Below are positions 56,022-62,382 of a stretch of 62,382 nucleotides of DNA, one piece after another. This DNA comes from an uncultured Candidatus Saccharibacteria bacterium (GTDB lineage Bacteria; Patescibacteriota; Minisyncoccia; Portnoybacterales; UBA2143), in assembly GCA_964517275.1 (NCBI GenBank), contig CAZFBL010000002.1, positions 1-62,382 on the forward strand, in the 5' to 3' direction. Under the pieces are notes generated by a model. That model searched no databases and had not been told where the DNA came from. It saw only the letters and a program-made list of their open reading frames with translations. Positions within the stretch are counted from its first letter, which is position 1, and each line of letters starts with the position of its first letter. The translations under genes and the position numbers were made by a program.

Positions 56022-56089
56022 ATCAACCCCCTTAATCTTCAGGATTAAATTTTAAAACAACACTCAAACTTATATTAATTATCATCTCT

Positions 56090-56166
56090 TGGTGCGCCCA
56101 CCAGGACTCGAACCTGGAACCAATTGCTTAAGAGGCAACTGCTCTGCCGAATTGAGCTATGGGCGC
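56090..56166 (-). tRNA. tRNA-Lys(CUU)
   Basis: GCGCCCA/TGGGCGC acceptor, loop CT-CTT-AA, GTTCGA T-loop, encoded CCA. Confidence 0.95.
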
Positions 56167-56178
56167 ATTAAAATTTTC

Positions 56179-56253
56179 TGGTGCCCTCGGGAGGATTCGA
56201 ACCTCCAATAACGGTTCCGAAGACCGTTGTGATATCCGTTTCACCACGAGGAC
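56179..56253 (-). tRNA. tRNA-Arg(UCG)
   Basis: GTCCTCG/CGAGGGC acceptor, ACGGT-CT-TCG-GA-ACCGT anticodon arm, encoded CCA. Confidence 0.95.
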
Positions 56254-56262
56254 GTTTTGTTT

Positions 56263-56320
56263 ATTCTATCTTAAAAAACAAACTTGGTCAATTGTCAAAA
56301 AAGTCTTTTTGGATTATGAT
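56263..56320. promoter_or_regulatory. Overlapping divergent promoters (tRNA-Arg/Lys leftward, cca rightward)
   Basis: Minus: TTGACC-N17-TAGAAT (56291 to 56263). Plus: TTGTCA-N17-TATGAT (56292-56320). Confidence 0.65.
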
Positions 56321-56326
56321 AAGAAC

Positions 56327-57763
56327 ATGAAATTAGCTAAAGAAATTGAAATCATTTTAAATAAACTGGAAAAAGCCGGCTTTGAGGCCTACGTGGTTGG
56401 CGGCTGTTTGCGCGATCTTTTAATCGGTCAAAAACCAAAGGATTGGGATATTACTACCAAAGCTGAGCCGGAACAAATTCAAAAAATCTTCCCGGATAGT
56501 TTTTATCAGAACGAGTTTGGGACAGTCACCGTCAAAACCAAAAGCAAAGAACCGACTCTTCAAGAAGTTGAAATTACCACTTTTCGGACCGAACAAAAGT
56601 ACACCGATAAGCGCCATCCGGATAAAATCGGTTTCACTGACAACTTGAAAGAGGATTTAGCCAGGCGGGACTTCACCATTAACGCCTTAGCTCTGAATAA
56701 AAAGGGCAAGATTGTTGATTTATTTGACGGCCAGAAAGATTTGAAGAAAAAAAATATCCGGGCCGTTGGCCAGCCGGCCGAACGCTTTAATGAAGACGCT
56801 TTGCGAATGTTGCGGGCCGTCCGTTTGGCTGTGGAACTCGATTTCAAGATTGAACCGAAAACCCTTCAAGCGATTCAGCAAAACGCTGGCTGGCTGCAAG
56901 CGATGGCCAAAGAAAGAATCCGCGATGAATTAATTAGAATAATCATGTCAGCTAAATCAGACCAGGGGATTGAATTATTGAGAGAAACCGGTTTGTTAAA
57001 ATATATTATTCCGGAATTGGAAAAAGGGGTCGGAGTTAGTCAGAACCGACACCATATCTATACCATTTACCAGCACTCAATTCTTTCTTTGAAATTCGCC
57101 GCCCAGAAAAAATACAGCCTGGAAGTGCGCTTGGCCTCCCTGTTTCATGATATTGCCAAGCCGCAAACCAAAGAGGGCGAAGGCCCGGAAGCGACTTTTT
57201 ACAACCATGATATTTTAGGCGCTAAGTTTGCCGTTAATATTCTCAGCCGGCTTAAATTCCCCAAGAAAATCATTGAGAAGGTAGCTCTTTTAATCCGCAG
57301 TCATATGTTTGTCTATGATGTTGAAGAGGTGACTGAAGCCGGCGTCCGCCGCTTATTACGGCGAGTTGGTCGGCAGAACATTCAGGACTTGATTAACTTA
57401 CGAGTAGCTGATAGATTAGGAAGTGGCTGTCCAAAAGCGGTTCCCTACAAACTACGCCATCTTCAGTATGTAATTGAAAAGGTTTCTCAAGACCCCATTT
57501 CGGCCAAAATGCTTAAAATCAACGGTCATGATTTGATGAAATTCTTGAATATTAAACCCGGACCGCGACTCGGCCTGCTGATTGAAGCGCTTTTGGCTGA
57601 AGTTTTAGAAAATCCAAAACTTAACGACAAGCAAAAGCTTTTGCAAAAAGCCGAAGAACTTAATAACTTGTCTGACCAAGAATTAAAAAACAAGACCAAA
57701 AAAGTTAAAGAGAAAAAAGAAGAGGTTGATTTGGAGATGAAAGGCAAATATTGGGTTAAATAG
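56327..57763 (+). CDS. cca: tRNA nucleotidyltransferase (CCA-adding, class II) with HD domain
   Basis: VGGCLRD..DWD, EDLARRDFTINA, RFNEDALRMLRA, ERIRDE, FHDIAK; true start at 56327 (the track start lies in the tRNAs). Confidence 0.9.
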   Translation: MKLAKEIEIILNKLEKAGFEAYVVGGCLRDLLIGQKPKDWDITTKAEPEQIQKIFPDSFYQNEFGTVTVKTKSKEPTLQEVEITTFRTEQKYTDKRHPDKIGFTDNLKEDLARRDFTINALALNKKGKIVDLFDGQKDLKKKNIRAVGQPAERFNEDALRMLRAVRLAVELDFKIEPKTLQAIQQNAGWLQAMAKERIRDELIRIIMSAKSDQGIELLRETGLLKYIIPELEKGVGVSQNRHHIYTIYQHSILSLKFAAQKKYSLEVRLASLFHDIAKPQTKEGEGPEATFYNHDILGAKFAVNILSRLKFPKKIIEKVALLIRSHMFVYDVEEVTEAGVRRLLRRVGRQNIQDLINLRVADRLGSGCPKAVPYKLRHLQYVIEKVSQDPISAKMLKINGHDLMKFLNIKPGPRLGLLIEALLAEVLENPKLNDKQKLLQKAEELNNLSDQELKNKTKKVKEKKEEVDLEMKGKYWVK

Positions 57764-57773
57764 AGGTAAAACA

Positions 57774-57828
57774 GAGGTCCGGCCTCGCAGGCCGGACCTG
57801 CGAGGCCGGACCTGCGAGGCCGGACCTC
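57774..57828. repeat. 14-bp GCGAGGCCGGACCT repeats (one inverted, about three direct)
   Basis: Read directly from the sequence; the same unit occurs at 59135-59195. Confidence 0.85.
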
Positions 57829-57836
57829 AAAATGAA

Positions 57837-57910
57837 CGGGGTGTGGCCTAGTGGCTTAAGGCGCCGCCTTCGGGAGGCGGAGATCGCTGGTTCAAATCCA
57901 GTCACCCCGA
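57837..57910 (+). tRNA. tRNA-Pro(CGG)
   Basis: CGGGGTG/CACCCCG acceptor, CCGCC-TT-CGG-GA-GGCGG anticodon arm; followed by CCG rather than CCA. Confidence 0.95.
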
Positions 57911-57947
57911 CCGAATGAAAGGTCGTAAAAAGAAAGGAGATAAAAAA

Positions 57948-58229
57948 ATGTTAGCCCAATCACCCTTAGACCTTAAAAAAGTCCCTAAAAAAGATTTAGA
58001 CAAAGAAATTCTGCGTCTGGGTATGATTGCTGAACTGGACGCGGTTAATCTGTACGAACAACTGGCGGCCATGACTCAAAACAGGACAATGAAAAGAGTT
58101 CTCTTAGATATTGCCAAAGAAGAAAAAACTCACGCCGGCGAGTTTCAGGCTTTACTTCTAAAAATAGACAAGGAGCAAGTTAAAGAATTGAAAGAAGGAG
58201 AGAAAGAAGTCAAAGAATTAGCCAGATAA
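57948..58229 (+). CDS. Ferritin-like protein of the encapsulated-ferritin (EncFtn/Flp) type
   Basis: EILRLGMIAELDAVNLYEQ...DIAKEEKTHAGEF diiron motifs; SD AAAGGAG before the ATG at 57948. Confidence 0.85.
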   Translation: MLAQSPLDLKKVPKKDLDKEILRLGMIAELDAVNLYEQLAAMTQNRTMKRVLLDIAKEEKTHAGEFQALLLKIDKEQVKELKEGEKEVKELAR

Positions 58230-58232
58230 AAG

Positions 58233-58610
58233 ATGACTGAAATAAAACAGATATATAAATGCAATATTTGCGGCCATCTTATCGAGGTTTTACATGCCGG
58301 AGCAGGCCAGCTGGTTTGTTGCGGCCAGCCGATGGAATTACTCAAAGAGAAAATCGAAGACGAGGGATTAGAAAAGCACGTGCCAGTCATTGAAAAAACC
58401 GAACAGGGGATTAAGGTTAAAGTCGGTTCAATCCCGCATCCAATGGAAGAAAAACACTATATTGAATGGATAGAATTAATCGCTGACGGCCGGGCCTACC
58501 GGAAATTTCTGAAACCCGGTCAGCCAGCCGAAGCTGAATTCTGCCTTAAGGCGGATAAAATTAAAGCTCGTGAACACTGCAATATTCACGGCTTGTGGCA
58601 ATCTAAATAG
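58233..58610 (+). CDS. dfx: Desulfoferrodoxin (two-iron superoxide reductase)
   Basis: YKCNICG...LVCCG, EKHVP, HPM, HYIEWI, CNIHGLW. Confidence 0.95.
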   Translation: MTEIKQIYKCNICGHLIEVLHAGAGQLVCCGQPMELLKEKIEDEGLEKHVPVIEKTEQGIKVKVGSIPHPMEEKHYIEWIELIADGRAYRKFLKPGQPAEAEFCLKADKIKAREHCNIHGLWQSK

Positions 58611-58619
58611 ATTGTTTCC

Positions 58620-58695
58620 GGGCCTGTAGCTTAGTTGGTAGAGCGCGGCATTCGCATTGCCGAGGTCAGCGGTTCGAATCCGCTCAGGTCCACCA
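58620..58695 (+). tRNA. tRNA-Ala(CGC)
   Basis: GGGCCTG/CAGGTCC acceptor with G3:U70, CGGCA-TT-CGC-AT-TGCCG anticodon arm, encoded CCA. Confidence 0.95.
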
Positions 58696-58748
58696 GTGTG
58701 CCAGCCTAATAGGCCTGGCCTTGAAACTAATCAACTTTGAAAACAGAC

Positions 58749-59135
58749 ATGCCTAGCCAGAAAAGAAAATTGGGCGATATTGGCGAGAAAATTGCCGGTG
58801 ATTATCTTAAAAAAGAGAGTTATCAAATTTTAGAGCGGAATTATCAAAAGCCCTGGGGTGAAATTGACCTGATCACCCGAAAGAAAAAAGAACTAATTTT
58901 CATTGAAGTCAAAACAAGGACTGTCCAATCAAGACAGTCCTTAAAATACGCCTATCCTGAAGAAAATGTCGATTGGTTCAAAAGGAAAAAATTAATCCGG
59001 ACGGCTAAAACCTATTTAGCCGAGAAAAGTTATCCCCCAGAAACAACTTGGCAAATCGATGTCATTGCTATAGAATTAAACGTTCAAACCAGAAAAGCTA
59101 ACTTAAAACATTTTAAAAACGTTGTTTGGCAATAA
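58749..59135 (+). CDS. yraN: YraN (UPF0102) PD-(D/E)XK nuclease
   Basis: LGDIGEKIA, ILERNY, GEIDLI, FIEVKTR, IDVIAI. Confidence 0.88.
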   Translation: MPSQKRKLGDIGEKIAGDYLKKESYQILERNYQKPWGEIDLITRKKKELIFIEVKTRTVQSRQSLKYAYPEENVDWFKRKKLIRTAKTYLAEKSYPPETTWQIDVIAIELNVQTRKANLKHFKNVVWQ

Positions 59136-59195
59136 GGTCCGGACTGGGACATACGAGGCCGGACCTGCGAGGTCCGGCCTGCGAGGCCGGACCTC
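59135..59195. repeat. Second GCGAGGCCGGACCT / AGGTCCGGCCT cluster
   Basis: Mixed direct and inverted copies between yraN and the malic enzyme gene. Confidence 0.8.
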
Positions 59196-59218
59196 GGATA
59201 CTCGGATAACAAAAATTT

Positions 59219-60361
59219 ATGGACTATTTTAAAGAATCACTACGACTGCACAAAAAAGAAAAAGGGAAGCTAGAAATCAAATCCAAATTTCCTCTTAAAA
59301 ACAAAACGGATTTAAGCATTGCCTATACCCCGGGTGTAGCCGAACCCTGTCGTCAAATTGCCAAGAATCCGGCTAACACCTATCAGTACACGATTAAAGG
59401 CAATAGCGTAGCCGTAGTCACCAACGGAACAGCCGTTCTTGGTTTAGGCAATATCGGCGCCCAGGCCGCTCTACCGGTCATGGAAGGCAAATCTCTCCTT
59501 TTTAAAAAATTCGCTAATATTGACGCTTACCCGATTTGCCTGAACAGCCGGGATAACCAAGAAATTATCCGAACAGTCAAACTGCTTAGTCCCGGCTTTG
59601 GCGGAATCAACTTAGAAGACATTAAAGCGCCCGACTGCTTTGTCATTGAAGAACAACTTAAGAAGGAATTAGATATTCCAGTCTTTCACGATGACCAACA
59701 CGGAACGGCTATCGCTGTTTTAGCCGCCTTGACTAATGCCCTGAAAGTGGTTAATAAGAAAATAGAGCAGGTTAAGATAATTATTAACGGAGCCGGAGCG
59801 GCCGGCATCGCTACAACCAAACTTCTGCTAGCGGCCGGAGCGAAAAAGATTATTCTAATTGACCGCCAGGGAGCTATCTATCAGGGCCGAGACAATCTTG
59901 ATGCGGCTAAAAAAGAAATGGCCCGGTCAACCAATCTAGAAAAAGCCAGAGGCCGGATTGAAGACATTATTCAGACCAGCGACGTTTTTATCGGTCTGTC
60001 CGTCCCCAAGGTTCTTAGAAAAGAATGGGTTAAAATGATGAACCCTAAAGCGATTGTCTTTGCCATGGCCAATCCGATTCCGGAAATTATGCCTCAAGAA
60101 GCCAAGCAGGCCGGAGCGGCTATCATTGCCACCGGGCGGAGCGATTTTCCCAACCAGATTAACAATGTTCTCGTTTTCCCCGGTATTTTCCGCGGTCTTC
60201 TGGACAGCCGAGCCAAACAAGTAACCGAGAAAATGAAACTAAGCGCTGCCCGAGCCCTATCTTCTTCAGTCAAAAAACCAACCACTAATAAAATTATCCC
60301 TTCTATTTTCGAAAAGGGGATTGCCCAAAAAGTCGCCTTGGCCATAAAAGGACATCATTAA
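59219..60361 (+). CDS. NAD(P)-dependent malic enzyme (short type)
   Basis: [64 protein letters not shown]. Confidence 0.95.
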   Translation: MDYFKESLRLHKKEKGKLEIKSKFPLKNKTDLSIAYTPGVAEPCRQIAKNPANTYQYTIKGNSVAVVTNGTAVLGLGNIGAQAALPVMEGKSLLFKKFANIDAYPICLNSRDNQEIIRTVKLLSPGFGGINLEDIKAPDCFVIEEQLKKELDIPVFHDDQHGTAIAVLAALTNALKVVNKKIEQVKIIINGAGAAGIATTKLLLAAGAKKIILIDRQGAIYQGRDNLDAAKKEMARSTNLEKARGRIEDIIQTSDVFIGLSVPKVLRKEWVKMMNPKAIVFAMANPIPEIMPQEAKQAGAAIIATGRSDFPNQINNVLVFPGIFRGLLDSRAKQVTEKMKLSAARALSSSVKKPTTNKIIPSIFEKGIAQKVALAIKGHH

Positions 60362-60385
60362 AAAGAGCGATAAAAGGTCTAAAAG

Positions 60386-60473
60386 TTAATAAAAGGTCTG
60401 GCCTTGCCCATCTCAGTTTTTTTTATTGACATCTACCGAGAATTTTCGTTGGAAAGGCCAGACCTTTTATTAA
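60386..60473. mobile_element. MITE-like element with perfect 20-bp terminal inverted repeats (AGGTCTGGCCTT family)
   Basis: TTAATAAAAGGTCTGGCCTT and its reverse complement at 60454-60473. Confidence 0.7.
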
Positions 60474-60485
60474 ATACCTAACAAT

Positions 60486-61415
60486 ATGTATCAACTAATT
60501 ATTATCGGAGCCGGGCCGGCCGGCTTAACAGCCGCCCTCTTCGCCCAGCGTTACCGAATCAACTATCTATTAATCGGCCAACCAACCGAAGGTGCTCTTA
60601 ATCAGGCTCATCTAGTTGAGAATTATCCGGGGGTTAAACCAATGAGCGGTCCCCAATTAATTAAAGAATTTCAAAAACATTCAGCCCTTAAAATCAAACG
60701 AGAACAAGTCAAGCAAATCTTGCCCAACAAGCAGAAAAAAACTTTTCAGATAATCACCAATCAAGGCCGCTACCAAAGTCAGGCCATCATTCTGGCTCTG
60801 GGCATGAAAATCAGGAAATTAGGCATTAAAAACGAAGAAAAATTCTTACACAAAGGAACTGCCTATTATACTCCCAAATTTCTGACTAAAGGAATATCTT
60901 ATTATACCCCCGATGATGTACGTTTTTTAAAAAACAAAATTATAGCAGTAGTTGGCGGCGGCGACACCGCTTTAACGACCGCCCTCAAATTGGCCGACCA
61001 AGCCAAAAAGGTCTATTTAATCCATCGCCGCGATGAGTTCCGGAGCGCTCCTCTGCTAGCCAAACAAGCCAGAGCCCAAAAAAATATAGAAATTATCTAC
61101 AGCGCTCAAGTAAGCGAAGCCCAAGGCCAAAAGTCCTTATCTAAAATTATCTTAAATACAGAACAGGAATTAGCCGTTAATTACCTGTTTATTGAAATCG
61201 GCGGCGTGCCCAATGTTCTTCTCTGTCGAGACTTGAAATTAAAGATGGATAACAACTTTGTCGCTACTGACCAGAGACAAGCAACCAGCCTGCCCGGCCT
61301 GTTCGCGGCCGGCGATATGACTAATTATCCGCTTAAACTGATTGTCACCGCCACCGCCCAAGGAGCGATGGCCGCGACCAGCGCCTACGATTACCTGAAA
61401 ACCCTTGACAAGTAA
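60486..61415 (+). CDS. Thioredoxin-reductase-fold FAD/NADPH oxidoreductase lacking CxxC
   Basis: GAGPAG, VENYPG, VGGGDTA, HRRDEFR, GLFAAGD; SYYTPDD where SYCATCD is expected. Confidence 0.88.
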   Translation: MYQLIIIGAGPAGLTAALFAQRYRINYLLIGQPTEGALNQAHLVENYPGVKPMSGPQLIKEFQKHSALKIKREQVKQILPNKQKKTFQIITNQGRYQSQAIILALGMKIRKLGIKNEEKFLHKGTAYYTPKFLTKGISYYTPDDVRFLKNKIIAVVGGGDTALTTALKLADQAKKVYLIHRRDEFRSAPLLAKQARAQKNIEIIYSAQVSEAQGQKSLSKIILNTEQELAVNYLFIEIGGVPNVLLCRDLKLKMDNNFVATDQRQATSLPGLFAAGDMTNYPLKLIVTATAQGAMAATSAYDYLKTLDK

Positions 61416-61564
61416 TTTTAGGGGTATAAGCTGGAATAAAAGTCGTTAATGATAGCTTCCAATCAGTATGGGCAAAACAGATTGGAAAATTAAACCGCTA
61501 AAAAGATAACTTGAGAAGGGGCGGTTTTTTTATTTTAAAAATATAGATACTAATTTTCAGAGCC

Positions 61565-61697
61565 GCCTCGGCCAAAGTTTTTACCAATTGAAACCTTTGG
61601 CGGAGGCAGGTCGAAAGTGACTGACCCTAAGTCCTCCCCATCCTAGCTAGGAGGATAACAGGGAAACCGAGGCCAGGAGGACCTACGGCGAGTCACT
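61565..61697 (+). ncRNA. Candidate structured cis-regulatory RNA (family not recognised)
   Basis: Multiple stems, GG-GAAA-CC tetraloop, CCUAAG/UACGG receptor-like loop; 40 nt before an SD-led ORF. Confidence 0.5.
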
Positions 61698-61737
61698 CAA
61701 AACAATCTTAAAAAGAAAGGGGGTGTGAAAATATAAA

Positions 61738-62382
61738 ATGAAGAGAATTATAATTAGTTTGTCAATCGTCGGCTTAGTGGCCGGAGTTACTTTAGGCATC
61801 ACCGGCGCTTATTTCACCGATGAAGAGCCGATTGAGAAGAATGTTTTTCAGGCGGGGACTCTTGATATCCGACAAGGGGTAAACGACTTGGGCAATATGA
61901 CCCTTTCCGGCCTAATGCCCGGCGTAGCCACGGAGCCGCAAAAGCTGACCATGGGCAATAACGGAAGCCTACACGCAGTAATCGATAAAATCGAGGTGAC
62001 TTCTTTGGCTAACGCTGATGTCAGCGGCACATCAAACGATGTCACCGCCGCCAACTACGCTGATATGGTAAAAGTGACTATTTCGGACGAGGTCGGCCGA
62101 CCTCTTTGGAAAGGAACGCTCGGTGATTTATACGGCGTCGACAAAGACAACGCTGTTGACGGCACCGACCGGGTTTTCTTGGCCAAACAAGGCAGCGGCG
62201 AAAATTACACGACCCGCGACTATTGGTTCACTTTTGAGCTGAACGAAGAGGTTACGGACGCTTACCAAAACGAGGGAGTGGAAGCGACTATCAGCGTTAA
62301 CGCTACCCAGATTAAAGATAATGAATTTGACGCGGCTGAAAGATTAGTCGCCAATCAAAATAACGATGACGGCTGGGACTGG
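61738..62382 (+). CDS. TasA/CalY-family secreted protein with a SipW-type signal peptide (partial, runs off the window)
   Basis: MKRIIISLSIVGLVAGVTLGITGAYFTD...NVFQAGTLDI; SD AAAGGGGGTG; open to base 62382 (absent from the ORF track because there is no stop). Confidence 0.8.
   Translation, partial: MKRIIISLSIVGLVAGVTLGITGAYFTDEEPIEKNVFQAGTLDIRQGVNDLGNMTLSGLMPGVATEPQKLTMGNNGSLHAVIDKIEVTSLANADVSGTSNDVTAANYADMVKVTISDEVGRPLWKGTLGDLYGVDKDNAVDGTDRVFLAKQGSGENYTTRDYWFTFELNEEVTDAYQNEGVEATISVNATQIKDNEFDAAERLVANQNNDDGWDW

Noticed and set aside
56159-56326. N-terminal extension of cca in the ORF track
   Set aside because: It overlaps two antisense tRNAs; a promoter sits just before the ATG at 56327.
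55348-56326. oriC at the minus-to-plus gene-orientation switch
   Set aside because: I found no DnaA boxes here; the switch is explained by divergent tRNA and cca promoters.
57774-59195. CRISPR array
   Set aside because: The 14-bp units are contiguous without unique spacers, and there are no cas genes.
61565-61697. Assignment to c-di-GMP-I/II, c-di-AMP, ZTP, Moco, HDV-like ribozyme or SRP RNA
   Set aside because: The core consensus motifs of these families, as I recall them, are not present; only the generic tetraloop and receptor match.
1267-62054. Numerous 60-140 aa shadow ORFs antisense to or overlapping conserved genes
   Set aside because: They lie within well-supported genes and show no family motifs.
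1-62382. rRNA, tmRNA, RNase P RNA, transposase, integrase, reverse transcriptase or defence-system genes
   Set aside because: No diagnostic motifs recognised, and no unexplained space large enough for them.

Overview
A 62.4-kb chromosomal window from a small-genome bacterium, most likely Patescibacteria/CPR (Parcubacteria-like). This is an inference from the absence of rpmD (L30) between rpsE and rplO, charged extensions on ribosomal proteins, a TGS-less ThrRS and pilMNO; the code is standard table 11. The core content is dnaE-thrS, the str/S10/spc ribosomal superoperon (rpsL to map, minus strand), pilMNO, polX, murE, femX, ruvA, rpsT, comM, pnp-NYN-rpsO, a CCA-adding enzyme, six tRNAs and an anaerobic oxidative-stress set (EncFtn-like protein, desulfoferrodoxin, malic enzyme, TrxR-like protein). 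No rRNA, CRISPR array or intact transposase was seen. The most unusual signals are: (1) a pervasive family of palindromic REP/RPE/MITE-like elements, intergenic and apparently also inserted in frame inside polX, DUF72, yraN and the MEMO-AMMECR1 fusion; (2) a degenerate PyrB-like protein followed by a mini PyrI-like Zn-domain protein; (3) a subtilase with a separately encoded lipoprotein copy of its prodomain; (4) an unrecognised structured RNA with a GAAA tetraloop and receptor-like motif ahead of a TasA/CalY-like gene; (5) a 35-bp duplication of the polX start around a GCGAAGC hairpin; (6) a TrxR homolog that has lost its CxxC; (7) a pseudo-tRNA-Lys next to an accessory island. All product names come from recalled family motifs; no database search was run.
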